Positions 1-11,100 of a DNA stretch of 64,000 nucleotides are shown piece by piece (the stretch's first letter is position 1; every line of letters begins with the position of its first letter). The notes under the pieces were generated by a model. That model was not told where the DNA came from. It ran no database searches and saw nothing but the letters and a program-made list of their open reading frames with translations. The translations under genes and the position numbers were made by a program. The stretch lies in the IMG/VR virus record IMGVR_UViG_3300045999_007505; one strand, given 5' to 3'. Origin of the DNA: a virus.

Positions 1-1067
1 ATATTGGCATTTTCAATTGCTAGTAATGCATTATTCCATTCTGTTGCAACTGACACGAGCATATTACCAAAATCCTTAGGTGGCATTTTTCCTTTATATT
101 CAGCAACTTGTGATATGTTTTCTACATCAATAACATGAAAAGTAGACCAGTCGGCACCATCGCCGCGCGCGACGTCAGCTACTACTATATAATTTTTTTC
201 ATAGTTCGGATATTCCCAAATCCAATAGCCGTTATCAAAGCCTCTACGTTCAATTGGTTCACTGCATTTATTTTCATAATCTAGCAGTATAGCCCCATCT
301 ATTACAGTATGACCGGATGAAATAAAGTCGCAATCACATTCTTGTGCCGCACCTCGTTCTCCTAACAATTGAGTTTGTTCATCTCGCCATTGTTGATCGC
401 GGTCTGGATGTACGGTCCAATGTAGTTTAATTGTATGAAATCCATTAATTTCTTGCTCAGCTTCTGACCATACCGAATGAAACCAATTACCCACACCATT
501 CGGCGTAGACAATACAATCGCCCCACCACCTGTTGATAATGTTGCTTGCGATGCAATCCAAATTTCTTCAATGTTTCTAATGAATGCAGCCTCATCTATA
601 ATTAACAACGATAATGCTTCCGAACGTGCTCCTGTGGTTGCGGATGAAACTGCTTTAATTTGCGAGCCATTTCTAAATTTTAAAGAAAGCTTATTATCTG
701 CTTCAATATTTCCTTTTAACCAACTAGGTAAATTGTCGTGCATTACCCGTACTTTTGTTACTAAGTTTTTTGCTACTTCTTGAGTTGTTGCAATAACAAG
801 TACGTTGAAATCTTCTTTGAATAACATGCTCCAAAGAGCAAAGCCAGCTGACAATGTTGATATACCTAACTGACGAGACTTTAATATTACATTGTAACGA
901 TTATCTCGTAATTCAGTTAATGTATCTTCCTGAAAAGAATACAAATTAAATTTAATCTTACCACGTTTAGGATGTTGTATATAACAATATTGCCGCATAA
1001 AAAAAACAGGATCTTTAGCACACATCGTGTACTGTTGTTGTATAATCTGTTTTATATTTTGTGACAT
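1..1067 (-). CDS. terL: Terminase large subunit (T4 gp17-like), runs off the window start
   Basis: Manual translation from ATG at 1067: MSQNIKQIIQQQYTMCAKDPVFFMRQYCYIQHPKRG..., Walker A-like LKSRQLGIST, Walker B LLIIDEAAF, motif III STPNG, then QECDCDF. Missing from the ORF track because it lacks a stop in the window. Confidence 0.93.
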   Translation of the reverse strand, partial: MSQNIKQIIQQQYTMCAKDPVFFMRQYCYIQHPKRGKIKFNLYSFQEDTLTELRDNRYNVILKSRQLGISTLSAGFALWSMLFKEDFNVLVIATTQEVAKNLVTKVRVMHDNLPSWLKGNIEADNKLSLKFRNGSQIKAVSSATTGARSEALSLLIIDEAAFIRNIEEIWIASQATLSTGGGAIVLSTPNGVGNWFHSVWSEAEQEINGFHTIKLHWTVHPDRDQQWRDEQTQLLGERGAAQECDCDFISSGHTVIDGAILLDYENKCSEPIERRGFDNGYWIWEYPNYEKNYIVVADVARGDGADWSTFHVIDVENISQVAEYKGKMPPKDFGNMLVSVATEWNNALLAIENAN

Positions 1068-1068
1068 A

Positions 1069-1449
1069 TTATTTTAAGATTTCATTGATTAATATTCCAG
1101 AGCCTAATGTTGTAAGTATTCCTGCAGTAAACCATAATCCTTTTGATTCATACCATTTTGGTTTAAGGTAACGTTCTCTACGAATATATATTTCTACGTT
1201 TTCTTGCAATAGAGCAATTTGTTGATCTTTGTAACGTAGTTGCAATGAATCTAATTTAATTAATTCGTCATGCTGTTTTGATAATGTAACATACTTATCA
1301 ATTATTGCATTGTTAATTGAATCTAATGCATATAATGAATCTAATGTATATGAAATATCAACAATTTCTTGTTGCGTAAAACACGTATCAGGTTTTGTTT
1401 GCGTTAATGCAAATACCGGAAATAATAATATAACTAATAAACGTTTCAT
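1069..1449 (-). CDS. Secreted/membrane coiled-coil protein (possible spanin-like partner)
   Basis: Signal peptide ending ALT-Q, coiled-coil middle, C-terminal hydrophobic segment; adjacent to 1451-1798. Confidence 0.5.
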   Translation of the reverse strand: MKRLLVILLFPVFALTQTKPDTCFTQQEIVDISYTLDSLYALDSINNAIIDKYVTLSKQHDELIKLDSLQLRYKDQQIALLQENVEIYIRRERYLKPKWYESKGLWFTAGILTTLGSGILINEILK

Positions 1450-1450
1450 A

Positions 1451-1798
1451 TTATTTTCTCGATTTACGTCCTCGACGTGTTTTATTTAAAATATTTTGTT
1501 TTGCTTCTTCTACAGGTTTTTCTTCTACTTGTAGTTCTTCTTTAGCTGTTTGCAATTCTTCAATTTCTGTTTTAGTTTCTTGAATTTCTTCTTTTATTTC
1601 AACACGCTGTTCTTCGATAGCTTCTGTTTTGCCTTGAAGCTGATCAATTTTTTGATTATTGTCATCAAGTTTTTTATCAGTTTTTTCAATTTTCTTTTTA
1701 TTAAGTTTATCACTTACAAAAATAGCAGCAATGATTGCTAAAATTACTCCGGCAATAACTGCCCAATATTTTTTAATTGTTTTCATTTGATTCTCCAT
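1451..1798 (-). CDS. N-terminally anchored coiled-coil membrane protein (i-spanin-like topology)
   Basis: Single TM (WAVIAGVILAIIAAIFV) followed by a long charged heptad-rich region. Confidence 0.5.
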   Translation of the reverse strand: MENQMKTIKKYWAVIAGVILAIIAAIFVSDKLNKKKIEKTDKKLDDNNQKIDQLQGKTEAIEEQRVEIKEEIQETKTEIEELQTAKEELQVEEKPVEEAKQNILNKTRRGRKSRK

Positions 1799-2408
1799 TT
1801 AATCGTTTTATAAAATTTTCTTTGAATTTATCCCATTCTTTTTGTATTGTATTTTCAAATTCCTCAGGTGTCATTTTTGCCGACCAAGTTTCTGTAATAC
1901 CTTCACTATTACTTACAAATTTCATTGATTCGGTATATGCTTGTTTTAAGAGTTCAACATCTCGTTCTGCATTACGTAACCATGCTAATGCATTTTCATG
2001 AATTTTATTGCGTTCGTATTCTTCATACGTTCCGGTATTTTTTAATTCATGTTCCATTTCAATTACACAATCGAAACACATACCATGAACTTTTCTCATT
2101 TGTTGATCTAAATGATGTGTACCAACACATGTACATACGTCTTTTCTACAATTGGGAAATGCACGTAATTCATCTCTTACGGATTGAAATATATCAGAAT
2201 TTTTTGTTTTTCGAATTCGAAAACCTTCACGCTGTTCTACAACATATACGTTTCCATTTGCATCAGTTTCTTCCCAAACATCGCCAACTTCTCGATGTTC
2301 TGATTTGTTTTTTGCATCAGAAAACCCTACAGTTTTTTTGGTTTGAAACTTATGAGTGCCGTCCAACATTTGTTGAACAGCTTTAATGTTTTGTAACTTT
2401 TTTGACAT
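1773..2408 (-). CDS. Hypothetical protein with Cys cluster
   Basis: Intact ORF in an operon; CRKDVCTC and CFDC motifs suggest metal binding. Confidence 0.7.
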   Translation of the reverse strand: MSKKLQNIKAVQQMLDGTHKFQTKKTVGFSDAKNKSEHREVGDVWEETDANGNVYVVEQREGFRIRKTKNSDIFQSVRDELRAFPNCRKDVCTCVGTHHLDQQMRKVHGMCFDCVIEMEHELKNTGTYEEYERNKIHENALAWLRNAERDVELLKQAYTESMKFVSNSEGITETWSAKMTPEEFENTIQKEWDKFKENFIKRLNGESNENN

Positions 2409-2414
2409 GTAACT

Positions 2415-3302
2415 TTATTTTTTATTTTTATGTTCTTGACCAAACTTTGCTAATTTTTTTGTAGTTGCAATTTTTATCATTTTATAAGTATTTGCAATAT
2501 CAGCTGCATCTAAATCTTTTGTAGCTAAATTAAGAACTTTTAATATATCTTTAACTTTAGCTATATTTCCATCTTGTTTATTTAAATGTTTAACAAATCG
2601 ATCAACATCTAATGCTTGTTTTGTTTCTGGAGAAATTTCTTTTTCTGCTTCTTTGTCTGCATCTGGTTCAGCGGCAGCATCTGGTTTAGCAGCTGCATCG
2701 GGAGCCGGAGCTTCTGGTGCTGGTGGTGCTGGTGGTGCAGCAGGTGGAGGTGTAGCAGGAGCTCCTCCGGGTGCAGGTGCTTCTGCAGGTGGAGCAGGTG
2801 CTTCTGCAGGTGGAGCAGGTGCTTCTGCAGGTGGAGCAGGTGCTTCTGGGGCGTCAGCTGGAGCAGGTTCGCCTGCCTCTTTTATTATTTTTGCAATTTT
2901 TCTGCGAACATATTCTCTAACCAATCGTTCGTGCTGTTCGCGAGTCAAATTTTCAATTTTATCTTGTAATACATCTGCAGTTTCTTTTTCTTCTGCATCT
3001 TGTCGTTTTTTTAATCGTTTAGCGGCAGTCTTTGGATCATAATCGCCATCTTCAATATCTTTATATAAACGATCATCATCATTATATGTTGGATATAGTT
3101 TACCGTCATCTTGCATTTGTTTGTCTCGCTTACGCAAAACATTATGTTGCATATCTCCAGTAGTTTTAGGATTCATTCCGCCTTTTTTATCATCTGCGGT
3201 ATAATCTTTAAGATCTTTTCTTAGTTTTGGTTTTTGAGACTTCTCAAAATCTTTCGGTGTTTTATACTTGCTTTTATGTCGTTCAGCCATAATTTGTTCC
3301 AA
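2415..3302 (-). CDS. Hypothetical late protein with Pro/Ala-rich linker
   Basis: Upstream ATATTTAT motif; EAPAPPA repeats. Confidence 0.75.
   Translation of the reverse strand: MEQIMAERHKSKYKTPKDFEKSQKPKLRKDLKDYTADDKKGGMNPKTTGDMQHNVLRKRDKQMQDDGKLYPTYNDDDRLYKDIEDGDYDPKTAAKRLKKRQDAEEKETADVLQDKIENLTREQHERLVREYVRRKIAKIIKEAGEPAPADAPEAPAPPAEAPAPPAEAPAPPAEAPAPGGAPATPPPAAPPAPPAPEAPAPDAAAKPDAAAEPDADKEAEKEISPETKQALDVDRFVKHLNKQDGNIAKVKDILKVLNLATKDLDAADIANTYKMIKIATTKKLAKFGQEHKNKK
2774..2847. repeat. 21-bp tandem repeat encoding (EAPAPPA)n
   Basis: gcaggtgcttctgcaggtgga unit repeated about 3.5 times. Confidence 0.85.
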
Positions 3303-3318
3303 TTTTAATATAAATATA

Positions 3319-5370
3319 TCATCGTGCGTATTTCAATACTCCTAGTATCTGATTAACAGGTGCAAATGCTCCGGTAAGTTTGTATGTATTTCCGCCGTAT
3401 GTAAATACAACTCCCTCCGAAGGAACAATTTGATCAAATCCGCCAAGTTTCTCAATGCGTTTAAGTTCTAATTCTAATTTTGCAACGGTTGATGGATTTG
3501 GATTGGTTTGCAATTCTCTAATAAGTTCAGCTAATTCTTGTTTAATTGTTTGTACCGTTTTTGATGGATTTGCTGCTAAGAAATTTTCTGCATTTTTTAA
3601 TGCTACTGCACCTAATCTTAAAAACAATGTTTCAAACGGTTCCATATTTTGTTTATAATATCGTTTGAATTCATTTTTATCAAATTCTTGAACCCAATTT
3701 AAAAATTCTGGATTTGTGATTAATTTCTTAAGTGCCGTAATACTTTGTGATTTATCAAAGAATGCCCAACGGTTTATTAATGCGTTTAAAACATCTTCTG
3801 AAATATCATATCCCATTTTATCGGCTTGCGTTTTAATAACATCTCGCCACCATGCTTTATGATATTCAGCTATTTGATCTGTTTCTTTTAAACCAAATTT
3901 AGATCGTAATTGATCAATTTCATTAAAGAATGCAGCTTGTTGATCTTCAAAATTAGATATTCTACCAATTTTAATTTTTTGAGGTGGAATAAAGGAAAAT
4001 GTTTTTTGCATATGTGCATTTGCATCTTGAATAATTTGTTGAACCATTGCACCACCGGTTAAATCCGTTTCGACTATATTACCTTGTTCATCATATTCAA
4101 CCAAATTATGAAATTGCAAATGTGCTTTATCATATGATATAACATTTTTAGTTGCAGGATAAATAATTTCCATGTTTGCAAATACTCGACCATTTTTAAA
4201 TATTTGTGCTAATCTATCTGCAGGTATACGTTGTAATGATTCTGTTAAGTCTTCAGCACATGCGCTATATGCATCTACTACTGTTTGATATGTAGCTCCT
4301 GCTTGTGCTCCATTTTTTGCAATTGATTCACGTTGTTTGCGTTGAAAATCAGCAATTAATTCTGCAGGAGTCATTGGATTAATAATAGTTCCTTTGTTTC
4401 GTGCAAATCCCGGTTGGCCGTTTTTCCAAGTAACTTGAATATTTTGACCATCGGTTTTTTCTGTAACTGCAGCTTCAATATCTAAACGCCCTTCTAATGC
4501 ACGAGATACTATTTCTTTCATGTCATTAAAAGTTAAACCATGATCGTCCCATGGGTGTGCCATATGTCCAGCTGCGCCGCCTTCCATTAATTTTGCACCA
4601 TATACGGTTTTTGGAAATTTATCAAAATCATATACAAATGATCTATCATCTTGTTTATCTAAAAATTTGTTTAATTTATTGATCTTGTTTTTATGTCGAC
4701 GCGTTTCTGCATTGTTCATTGTAGCAGCAAACATTTCATCAACTTCTTCTTGTAATTGTTTTGTCCACCATTCTTTTGAAAACAATGCTTCTTGTAATCC
4801 TGTTGCAATTTGCCATGCATTTTTTACAACTGCATCTTTAAATTGAGGATATGATGCACGAAATGTTTCATAATCTCGATCTACTATTGCTTTACGTACT
4901 ATAGTTGCTGATATAGGTGTGCCATCTGCATATGTTTCCGGATCTACGTCTATACTTAATTCGGTAGCATCAATTCCTATAGGAATTTTACGTCCTTTTT
5001 TATCGCCAATCGTTGCATACTTATCTACATTAGGAACAAATGTTTTTGCTCTAACATAATCATCTCCTTTTGCGGAAGCTGCCATGGCATAACGGCCCGT
5101 TGCATCCGTAGGTAATGCAAATAAATATTCGTATGCGGCTAATATTGGTGAATTGAATTCGGTAGGTCGAATTTGAATATCTGGATTATCATTGAGAAGA
5201 TTAAACATTTCGATAGTTTGTTCTCTAGTAATACTGTCTCGCGATTGCGGCCCAATAAGCATAATTACTTGACCTACTTGTGGAGATTCAGCATACCGTT
5301 GAGCCAATGCTAAATGAGCTCCTGTTAATGGTTTAAATCCTCCGGGAAATAAAACTGTTATTTTATCCAT
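3319..5370 (-). CDS. HIGH-family (cytidyltransferase-like) nucleotidyltransferase fused to an ATP-dependent ligase-like domain
   Basis: Likely start MDKITVLFPGGFKPLTGAH (HxGH-like) at 5370; C-terminal half has EKTDG (KxDG), EGVV and YKL ligase-type motifs. Confidence 0.7.
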   Translation of the reverse strand: MDKITVLFPGGFKPLTGAHLALAQRYAESPQVGQVIMLIGPQSRDSITREQTIEMFNLLNDNPDIQIRPTEFNSPILAAYEYLFALPTDATGRYAMAASAKGDDYVRAKTFVPNVDKYATIGDKKGRKIPIGIDATELSIDVDPETYADGTPISATIVRKAIVDRDYETFRASYPQFKDAVVKNAWQIATGLQEALFSKEWWTKQLQEEVDEMFAATMNNAETRRHKNKINKLNKFLDKQDDRSFVYDFDKFPKTVYGAKLMEGGAAGHMAHPWDDHGLTFNDMKEIVSRALEGRLDIEAAVTEKTDGQNIQVTWKNGQPGFARNKGTIINPMTPAELIADFQRKQRESIAKNGAQAGATYQTVVDAYSACAEDLTESLQRIPADRLAQIFKNGRVFANMEIIYPATKNVISYDKAHLQFHNLVEYDEQGNIVETDLTGGAMVQQIIQDANAHMQKTFSFIPPQKIKIGRISNFEDQQAAFFNEIDQLRSKFGLKETDQIAEYHKAWWRDVIKTQADKMGYDISEDVLNALINRWAFFDKSQSITALKKLITNPEFLNWVQEFDKNEFKRYYKQNMEPFETLFLRLGAVALKNAENFLAANPSKTVQTIKQELAELIRELQTNPNPSTVAKLELELKRIEKLGGFDQIVPSEGVVFTYGGNTYKLTGAFAPVNQILGVLKYAR

Positions 5371-5392
5371 TATGTTCCATTTTATATAAATA

Positions 5393-8086
5393 TTAGAATT
5401 TTGGTAATGCCGGCGTAATTGTCGATCCACCAACAACTCTACTAGTACGCCAAACAAAGTTTTTCATTTTTAATGTTCCTGTTGCTGCAGTTGCACTCGT
5501 ATATGCAACTAAATATATTTGAGCGTACATACCTTGTCGTTCTGCAAACGTTGTACTAACTGTTACTTCAGAAGTTTGTGCTCCGGATTCTATAGTAGTA
5601 GCCGGGACGCTAGTTCCGATTGCAATTGGATTTCCGATAGATGCATCATCTTGAAATGCACCATAATAACCAGATCCAACTATTGGACCTAAACTAGCTG
5701 TTGATACATATGCACGCATTTGGCAAGTAACTGCTGCCCCTGATGTATTGTTAATTTCATATGTAAATGAAACTTGACACTTAGTTTCTCCTGGTAAAAT
5801 ATATGTTTGAAATACAGATGCAGTTTGTGCATTAGTTGCACCGTTATCAATTAATGATAAATCTAATGAAGTTTCCGATTGATTAAAATAAACTATTCGT
5901 CCAATATTGGCTCCATCAACAAATTCATTATTAGAATCAAATAGTACTTCTCCTCCTTGTACTGCAATAAATGAAGATGCTGTTACATTGCCTTGTGCTG
6001 TTAAATGAAATCCGCTAGCAGAAATTTCAATATTACCATTAGCACCACTTATAAAGGTTGTTGCAGGATTGCCAAAAAAGAATCTATTCGTACGAACATC
6101 AATTTCAGAATCTGTAGTTGAATATCTAAAATAACTTGCTGTATTTGCATAAAGTTCTAATCCTACGCCAGTATATGCAGCGCCGCCTTTTGTCCCGGCA
6201 CTATTAGGTAATGCCGATCCAGACCAAAGTAAGAATCCAGGAAAGCCGGCATAAAACCCTTCATATCCCAACGATCTAACAAATCCTGAATTTGGATATC
6301 CGCTGATTGCAACACCACTATTCAATGAATCGGCAACATATAAAGAACCAGTAAGCATTGAATAATCGCCATCGATGTATCGATTACCCCCTTGCCAATT
6401 TTTATCATAAACATATGATATTTGTTTGCTTTTTACTCCGGCTACATTGTAATATTCTGTTTTAAATGAAATTTGATTGTCAATTTTATGTGTAGTTTGA
6501 ATTGGCGTTTTAATTCTTGTATAATTAGGAGAATATCCGGCATCATTATCTGTAGTAACGTGTATATCCGAAACTTGCCATTCTCCTGATTCTACTACTA
6601 GTAATACTACACCAGTACCATCAAAGTCTGCTTCGAAACTAAATATTTGATCATCAAATCTTTGATTTCCGTATGACGTTAATTCGCCGATTCGTTTACC
6701 AAATTTTACAGGAAATGATTGATTAAAATAATCGGTAGGGTCTTGATAAAAACTGCTACCAGATAAATATATTGATAATTTTGCAGTAGCTGCAGAAATT
6801 GTTGTACCTAATGCATCTAAAGAAATTTTATATGAAGAATCTTTTAAAAAGATTCCTTGATATGATGAACTTATTTGTGCAACCTGTACAGAATTAGGAG
6901 ATGTAATATTAATTGAACTAGAAATTAACATTGCATTTGATAATGACGATGTAATCCATTGCAATGTAGTTGGAGTTATTTCAGACCCATTTTGATATGT
7001 ATGAGGTTGCCAATATGTATTGATAACGCTTTGAGATGTAAATATTCCAATTGATTGATCTGGAAATAGCGATGATGTACTAGAAATAAAAATTTCTGTA
7101 TCTTCTAATTCAAAATCATTAACTAATTCCCAAGTACCAACCGTACCTTTATTGTTTGTAAAAACTTTAATGCGTGCAATATCTCCAGTTGCTGGTTGTA
7201 AATTTTCAATTTGTATGAGTGCAAATGATTGTGAATTTTCTGTTGGAACATAAGTTGGCGTTGCTTCATATTCTATAGAAAATGTAGATGCATCAAATGA
7301 ATCATATGTGTGAATATATACGCTTTGGCTGCTAAATGCTGTATATTCTGTTTCTAATAATGCCAATGATGGCGATAGTACCTTTGATATCTTAGAAACA
7401 TACGCCGTTGTAGATATAGGATATGTAGCCGTAGGACGAGGATTGATTGGATTCGACACTGTAATAGTACCACCAGTCATATCTGCATCAAATTGTCCGC
7501 CGGTTATAGAAATTGCCGGTTGTTCATTATACGAAAAATATGTAATTGTGCCGGTACTATAAGTTGGAAATTGTGTGTTATTTGGATATACTCGATCTAA
7601 TTGTACTCCAATTTGTTCTGAAACTAATACAGTTGGTAATGATTCAAAAATAATTTCAGATTCATTTGCCGTTACTGGATTAACTGGGCATGACCGAGTC
7701 CACCGTACGTTAGTTTTATTTTGCCAATCTGCAGTTACTTGTTGTCCTTCAATATTTACTGCTTCACCTGTAATAATTACAGTACAATCACCTGGAGATG
7801 TTGTATCATAAACATATATTGCTATTACGCGTGATTTGTCTTGATCTAAATAATCTACTACTTCATGATAAATTGGATCGCCATTATAATCTAATATTTC
7901 AATTCCTAGTAAACTTCCAACTTTTAAATTTGTTGGATTTCCTTGAAACTTAAATAAATTTTTTCCTGCAGTTAAGCGTACTGGAAATTCTGTTATTTGA
8001 AAATATTCAGGCGAAGTTAGTGATGTGTCTTCGAATAAAACAGGAATTAAATCTAATCCAGAATATATTGCTTCTTTGCGTTTCAT
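5393..8086 (-). CDS. Virion structural protein (tail/baseplate-associated)
   Basis: 897 aa, Ser/Thr/Gly-rich beta-type composition, upstream ATATTTAT motif. Confidence 0.6.
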   Translation of the reverse strand: MKRKEAIYSGLDLIPVLFEDTSLTSPEYFQITEFPVRLTAGKNLFKFQGNPTNLKVGSLLGIEILDYNGDPIYHEVVDYLDQDKSRVIAIYVYDTTSPGDCTVIITGEAVNIEGQQVTADWQNKTNVRWTRSCPVNPVTANESEIIFESLPTVLVSEQIGVQLDRVYPNNTQFPTYSTGTITYFSYNEQPAISITGGQFDADMTGGTITVSNPINPRPTATYPISTTAYVSKISKVLSPSLALLETEYTAFSSQSVYIHTYDSFDASTFSIEYEATPTYVPTENSQSFALIQIENLQPATGDIARIKVFTNNKGTVGTWELVNDFELEDTEIFISSTSSLFPDQSIGIFTSQSVINTYWQPHTYQNGSEITPTTLQWITSSLSNAMLISSSINITSPNSVQVAQISSSYQGIFLKDSSYKISLDALGTTISAATAKLSIYLSGSSFYQDPTDYFNQSFPVKFGKRIGELTSYGNQRFDDQIFSFEADFDGTGVVLLVVESGEWQVSDIHVTTDNDAGYSPNYTRIKTPIQTTHKIDNQISFKTEYYNVAGVKSKQISYVYDKNWQGGNRYIDGDYSMLTGSLYVADSLNSGVAISGYPNSGFVRSLGYEGFYAGFPGFLLWSGSALPNSAGTKGGAAYTGVGLELYANTASYFRYSTTDSEIDVRTNRFFFGNPATTFISGANGNIEISASGFHLTAQGNVTASSFIAVQGGEVLFDSNNEFVDGANIGRIVYFNQSETSLDLSLIDNGATNAQTASVFQTYILPGETKCQVSFTYEINNTSGAAVTCQMRAYVSTASLGPIVGSGYYGAFQDDASIGNPIAIGTSVPATTIESGAQTSEVTVSTTFAERQGMYAQIYLVAYTSATAATGTLKMKNFVWRTSRVVGGSTITPALPKF

Positions 8087-8112
8087 CGTATGAAATATCT
8101 TTTATATAAATA

Positions 8113-11100
8113 TTACACATGATTAATCTTGCTGAATCCGTTTGTTTTGTTAACTTCAATTAAATTATCAACCATATCTCGCATAGAATCAACGTGCGAA
8201 ATAATAATTGAAAAATCAAATTTAGTTCTAAAATAATCAAATAAGTTTACTACCGAAGAAATATGTTCTGCATCTAACGAACCCCATCCTTCATCGATTG
8301 CAATAAAATTAGGACGAGGTAATGCTGAAACATTGATAAGTGCAATGCGTATTGCTAAAGATGAAATAAATCGTTCCATGCCGGATGTCAATTCTAATGG
8401 CCAATAATTATCTTCATCATAAATAATATATCCGTTAATATTTTTGCCATCGGTATTCAATACCATGTTAAATTCAACAATTTGATTTAAAACGTTATTA
8501 ATTTCAGATTCAATTTTAGGAATAGCTTTTGCAACTAATTCATATGGAATTCCATTTCTTTTAACTGACTCTAAATAATATTCATATGCTTTGTATTCCG
8601 TTTCGAGTTGTCGATAACGTTCCAATTGATCAATTGCAGTTCCTTTATTTGTACGTGCAACTTCAATAGCACCGAATAATGATTTAATTTGATCTTGAAT
8701 TATTTTGATTTGTTGCGAACATGATACGATTTGTGTTTTACATTCTTCAATTGATTGATCTATTCGTTGATTATGCGTGATTGCTGTTTCATTTTTACGA
8801 AATGATTCTTGTCGTTCAATAACTGTTTCTAATTCAGATTCTCGAGTTTGCAAATCGCTTTCTAAAATTTGTAATTGTAATTCATTGCGTTCTAATGTAA
8901 TTTTTTTAGTAGCAATATTAGATTTTAATTTATTATATTGATCTGCAATTTCAAATATAGGTTTTAATGCATCTAATTGAGAATTTAATTCTGTTAGTTC
9001 TTGCTGTATTTCTTCTAATAACGCTCTATCCGAATCAATTGTATTCTGGGCTTCAATTGCGTTTTGCACGAAAACGTTAGATGTACAGTATTTGCAGTTT
9101 GGATCATATTCATGAGATTCGAGATGTTTAATTTTTTCTTGTTTGACATTTACTTTCTCCTGTTGTTGTCTAAATTTTTGTAAGCACGTGTTAGTTAATT
9201 GTTCTAATTTTTGATACTGAGTTGTTTGCGTTTCAATTGCGGCTGTATCTATTTGTGATAATTCCGATTCTAATGTCTCAACGGTTTCAGATAATGTTTC
9301 TAATGCTTGTTCTGCCGTTTCTATATCTGTTTGAATTGTTTCAATTTTACCAATCAATGTTTGTTCTTGTGATTGCAATTCCGCAATATTCGGCCCATCG
9401 TATGTTGTTGGTAATTTTGTTTCAATTAGTTGTAATATTTGTTCTTGAAATTCATTTCGAAGATCTTGTTGTTGATCTTCAAGTTGTTCTAATGATATAA
9501 TAGTATCTTGATTTTCCGTAATAACGGCATCTGCTTGAATAATAATTTCAGCAAAATCCGTTTTCTTATAATCCTTTAATCGCCCCGCAGTTTCTTTAAT
9601 TTCATCTGCGGCAAGTTGATACAGTTGTTCAAATACTGTAATATCTAGGAATTGTGATAAAAGATCTTTGCGTTCTTTTTGTGACTTTTCAATAAAGTTA
9701 TTGTTGTCTGCTTGTAAAGAAAATGCAGTTAAAATAAAATCATCATATGTGCCTAAATAGCGTCGAATGTTTTTATTTGTTTCACTACGTTCCTCACCAT
9801 TTAAATTTTCTGAATCTGTATAAAATTCTACATCAACTTTAACGTGCGTTTCTTTCTTTTTATTTTGAGTACCTCTACGTTCAATAGTATATGTTACTCC
9901 ATTCATTTCGAAACGAAATACACCTCGGAACCAATCTTTCTTGTTATTTAATACTTCATTTGCTTTGCTTGTTTTGCTACATTTATCAAATATAGTATAT
10001 GTAATTGCATCAAGCAAGCTTGATTTTCCAGATGTGTTTGCAGCAAATAATCCGCATACATCAGACAAGTTTTCAAAATTTAAAACATTGCCTTCACCAT
10101 ATGAAAACATGTTATCAAATTCAAATGATATAGGATGCCAAGTAGTATGACGTATTGATTCCACTGCTGGCAATTTTGAATTTATTGTGCGATTAATATG
10201 TCGAATAGCATCAATTTCATTCAGAGTAGCCTGTGGGAAATTCGTATCAATATATTCTGTTAATAATACATTTTGATATTCAACATCCCGAACATTTCCT
10301 ATTGCTAAACTAGAAGAAGTATTAGTCGCATTCGAACCTATAGTTCTTTGAATTGTAATGTCTTCTACTTGATATTTTTTTCGAATCATTGCAATCAAAC
10401 GTTTCATATCTGCTGCACTCGTTTCGTTAAATTTAATACGAATGCGAGGACGTTTTGGCATACGATGCGGAGAAGATATGATTGCAGAACCCTGAGTTTC
10501 TATAGTTACATAACCATAATCATTTTCAATTTGTACAAATTCTGCACTTCGTTGTTCTACATCCCAAACTAATATACCATGGTCCAATGCTTCGCCATGA
10601 TTTTGTTGAATAAGTGAACCAGGATATGCGACGGTTTGTGCTGCATCTAGGAATTGTGCTGGTTTGTGAATATCTCCTAGCAACGTAATGTCATGTCCTT
10701 CAAATAAATCAACACCTACATGTTCATTTGATATTTGATATCCAATATCCGTTTTGGCAGTATTTACTGCACCATGGTGTAATGCAATTTTATATGTAGC
10801 TGTAAAATCTTTTGCACGAATATAATCAGCGGGTGTTTTATCAACAGCCATATGATTCCAAGTAACGCCTCCCAATTCAAATAAACCATTATCTTTAACA
10901 AAATGAATATGTTTATTTTGAATTACATCCAGTACTGGACTTACTGCATCGATGCGATGCATATTGTTTAAGTTCATGTCATGGTTACCTAAAATAACAA
11001 TTGTAGGTAATTCAAATCCATTAAAGAAATCAACTAGCATTTGAACTAGTTCTGGCGACATATCTAATTTGCTATGCACAATATCTCCAGTAACTACTGC

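Noticed and set aside
362-783. Short ORFs 362-595 and 571-783
   Set aside because: Lie within the terminase gene in another frame or antisense.
2616-3042. Plus-strand Gly/Ala- and Cys/Trp-rich ORFs
   Set aside because: Antisense shadows of the Pro/Ala repeat gene; the same applies to most other plus-strand ORFs in the track.
5371-5457. N-terminal extensions given by the ORF track (also 33072, 43308, 45839, 48344, 50251, 50561, 50971)
   Set aside because: They run through promoter motifs or upstream genes; downstream ATGs fit the conserved leader context better.
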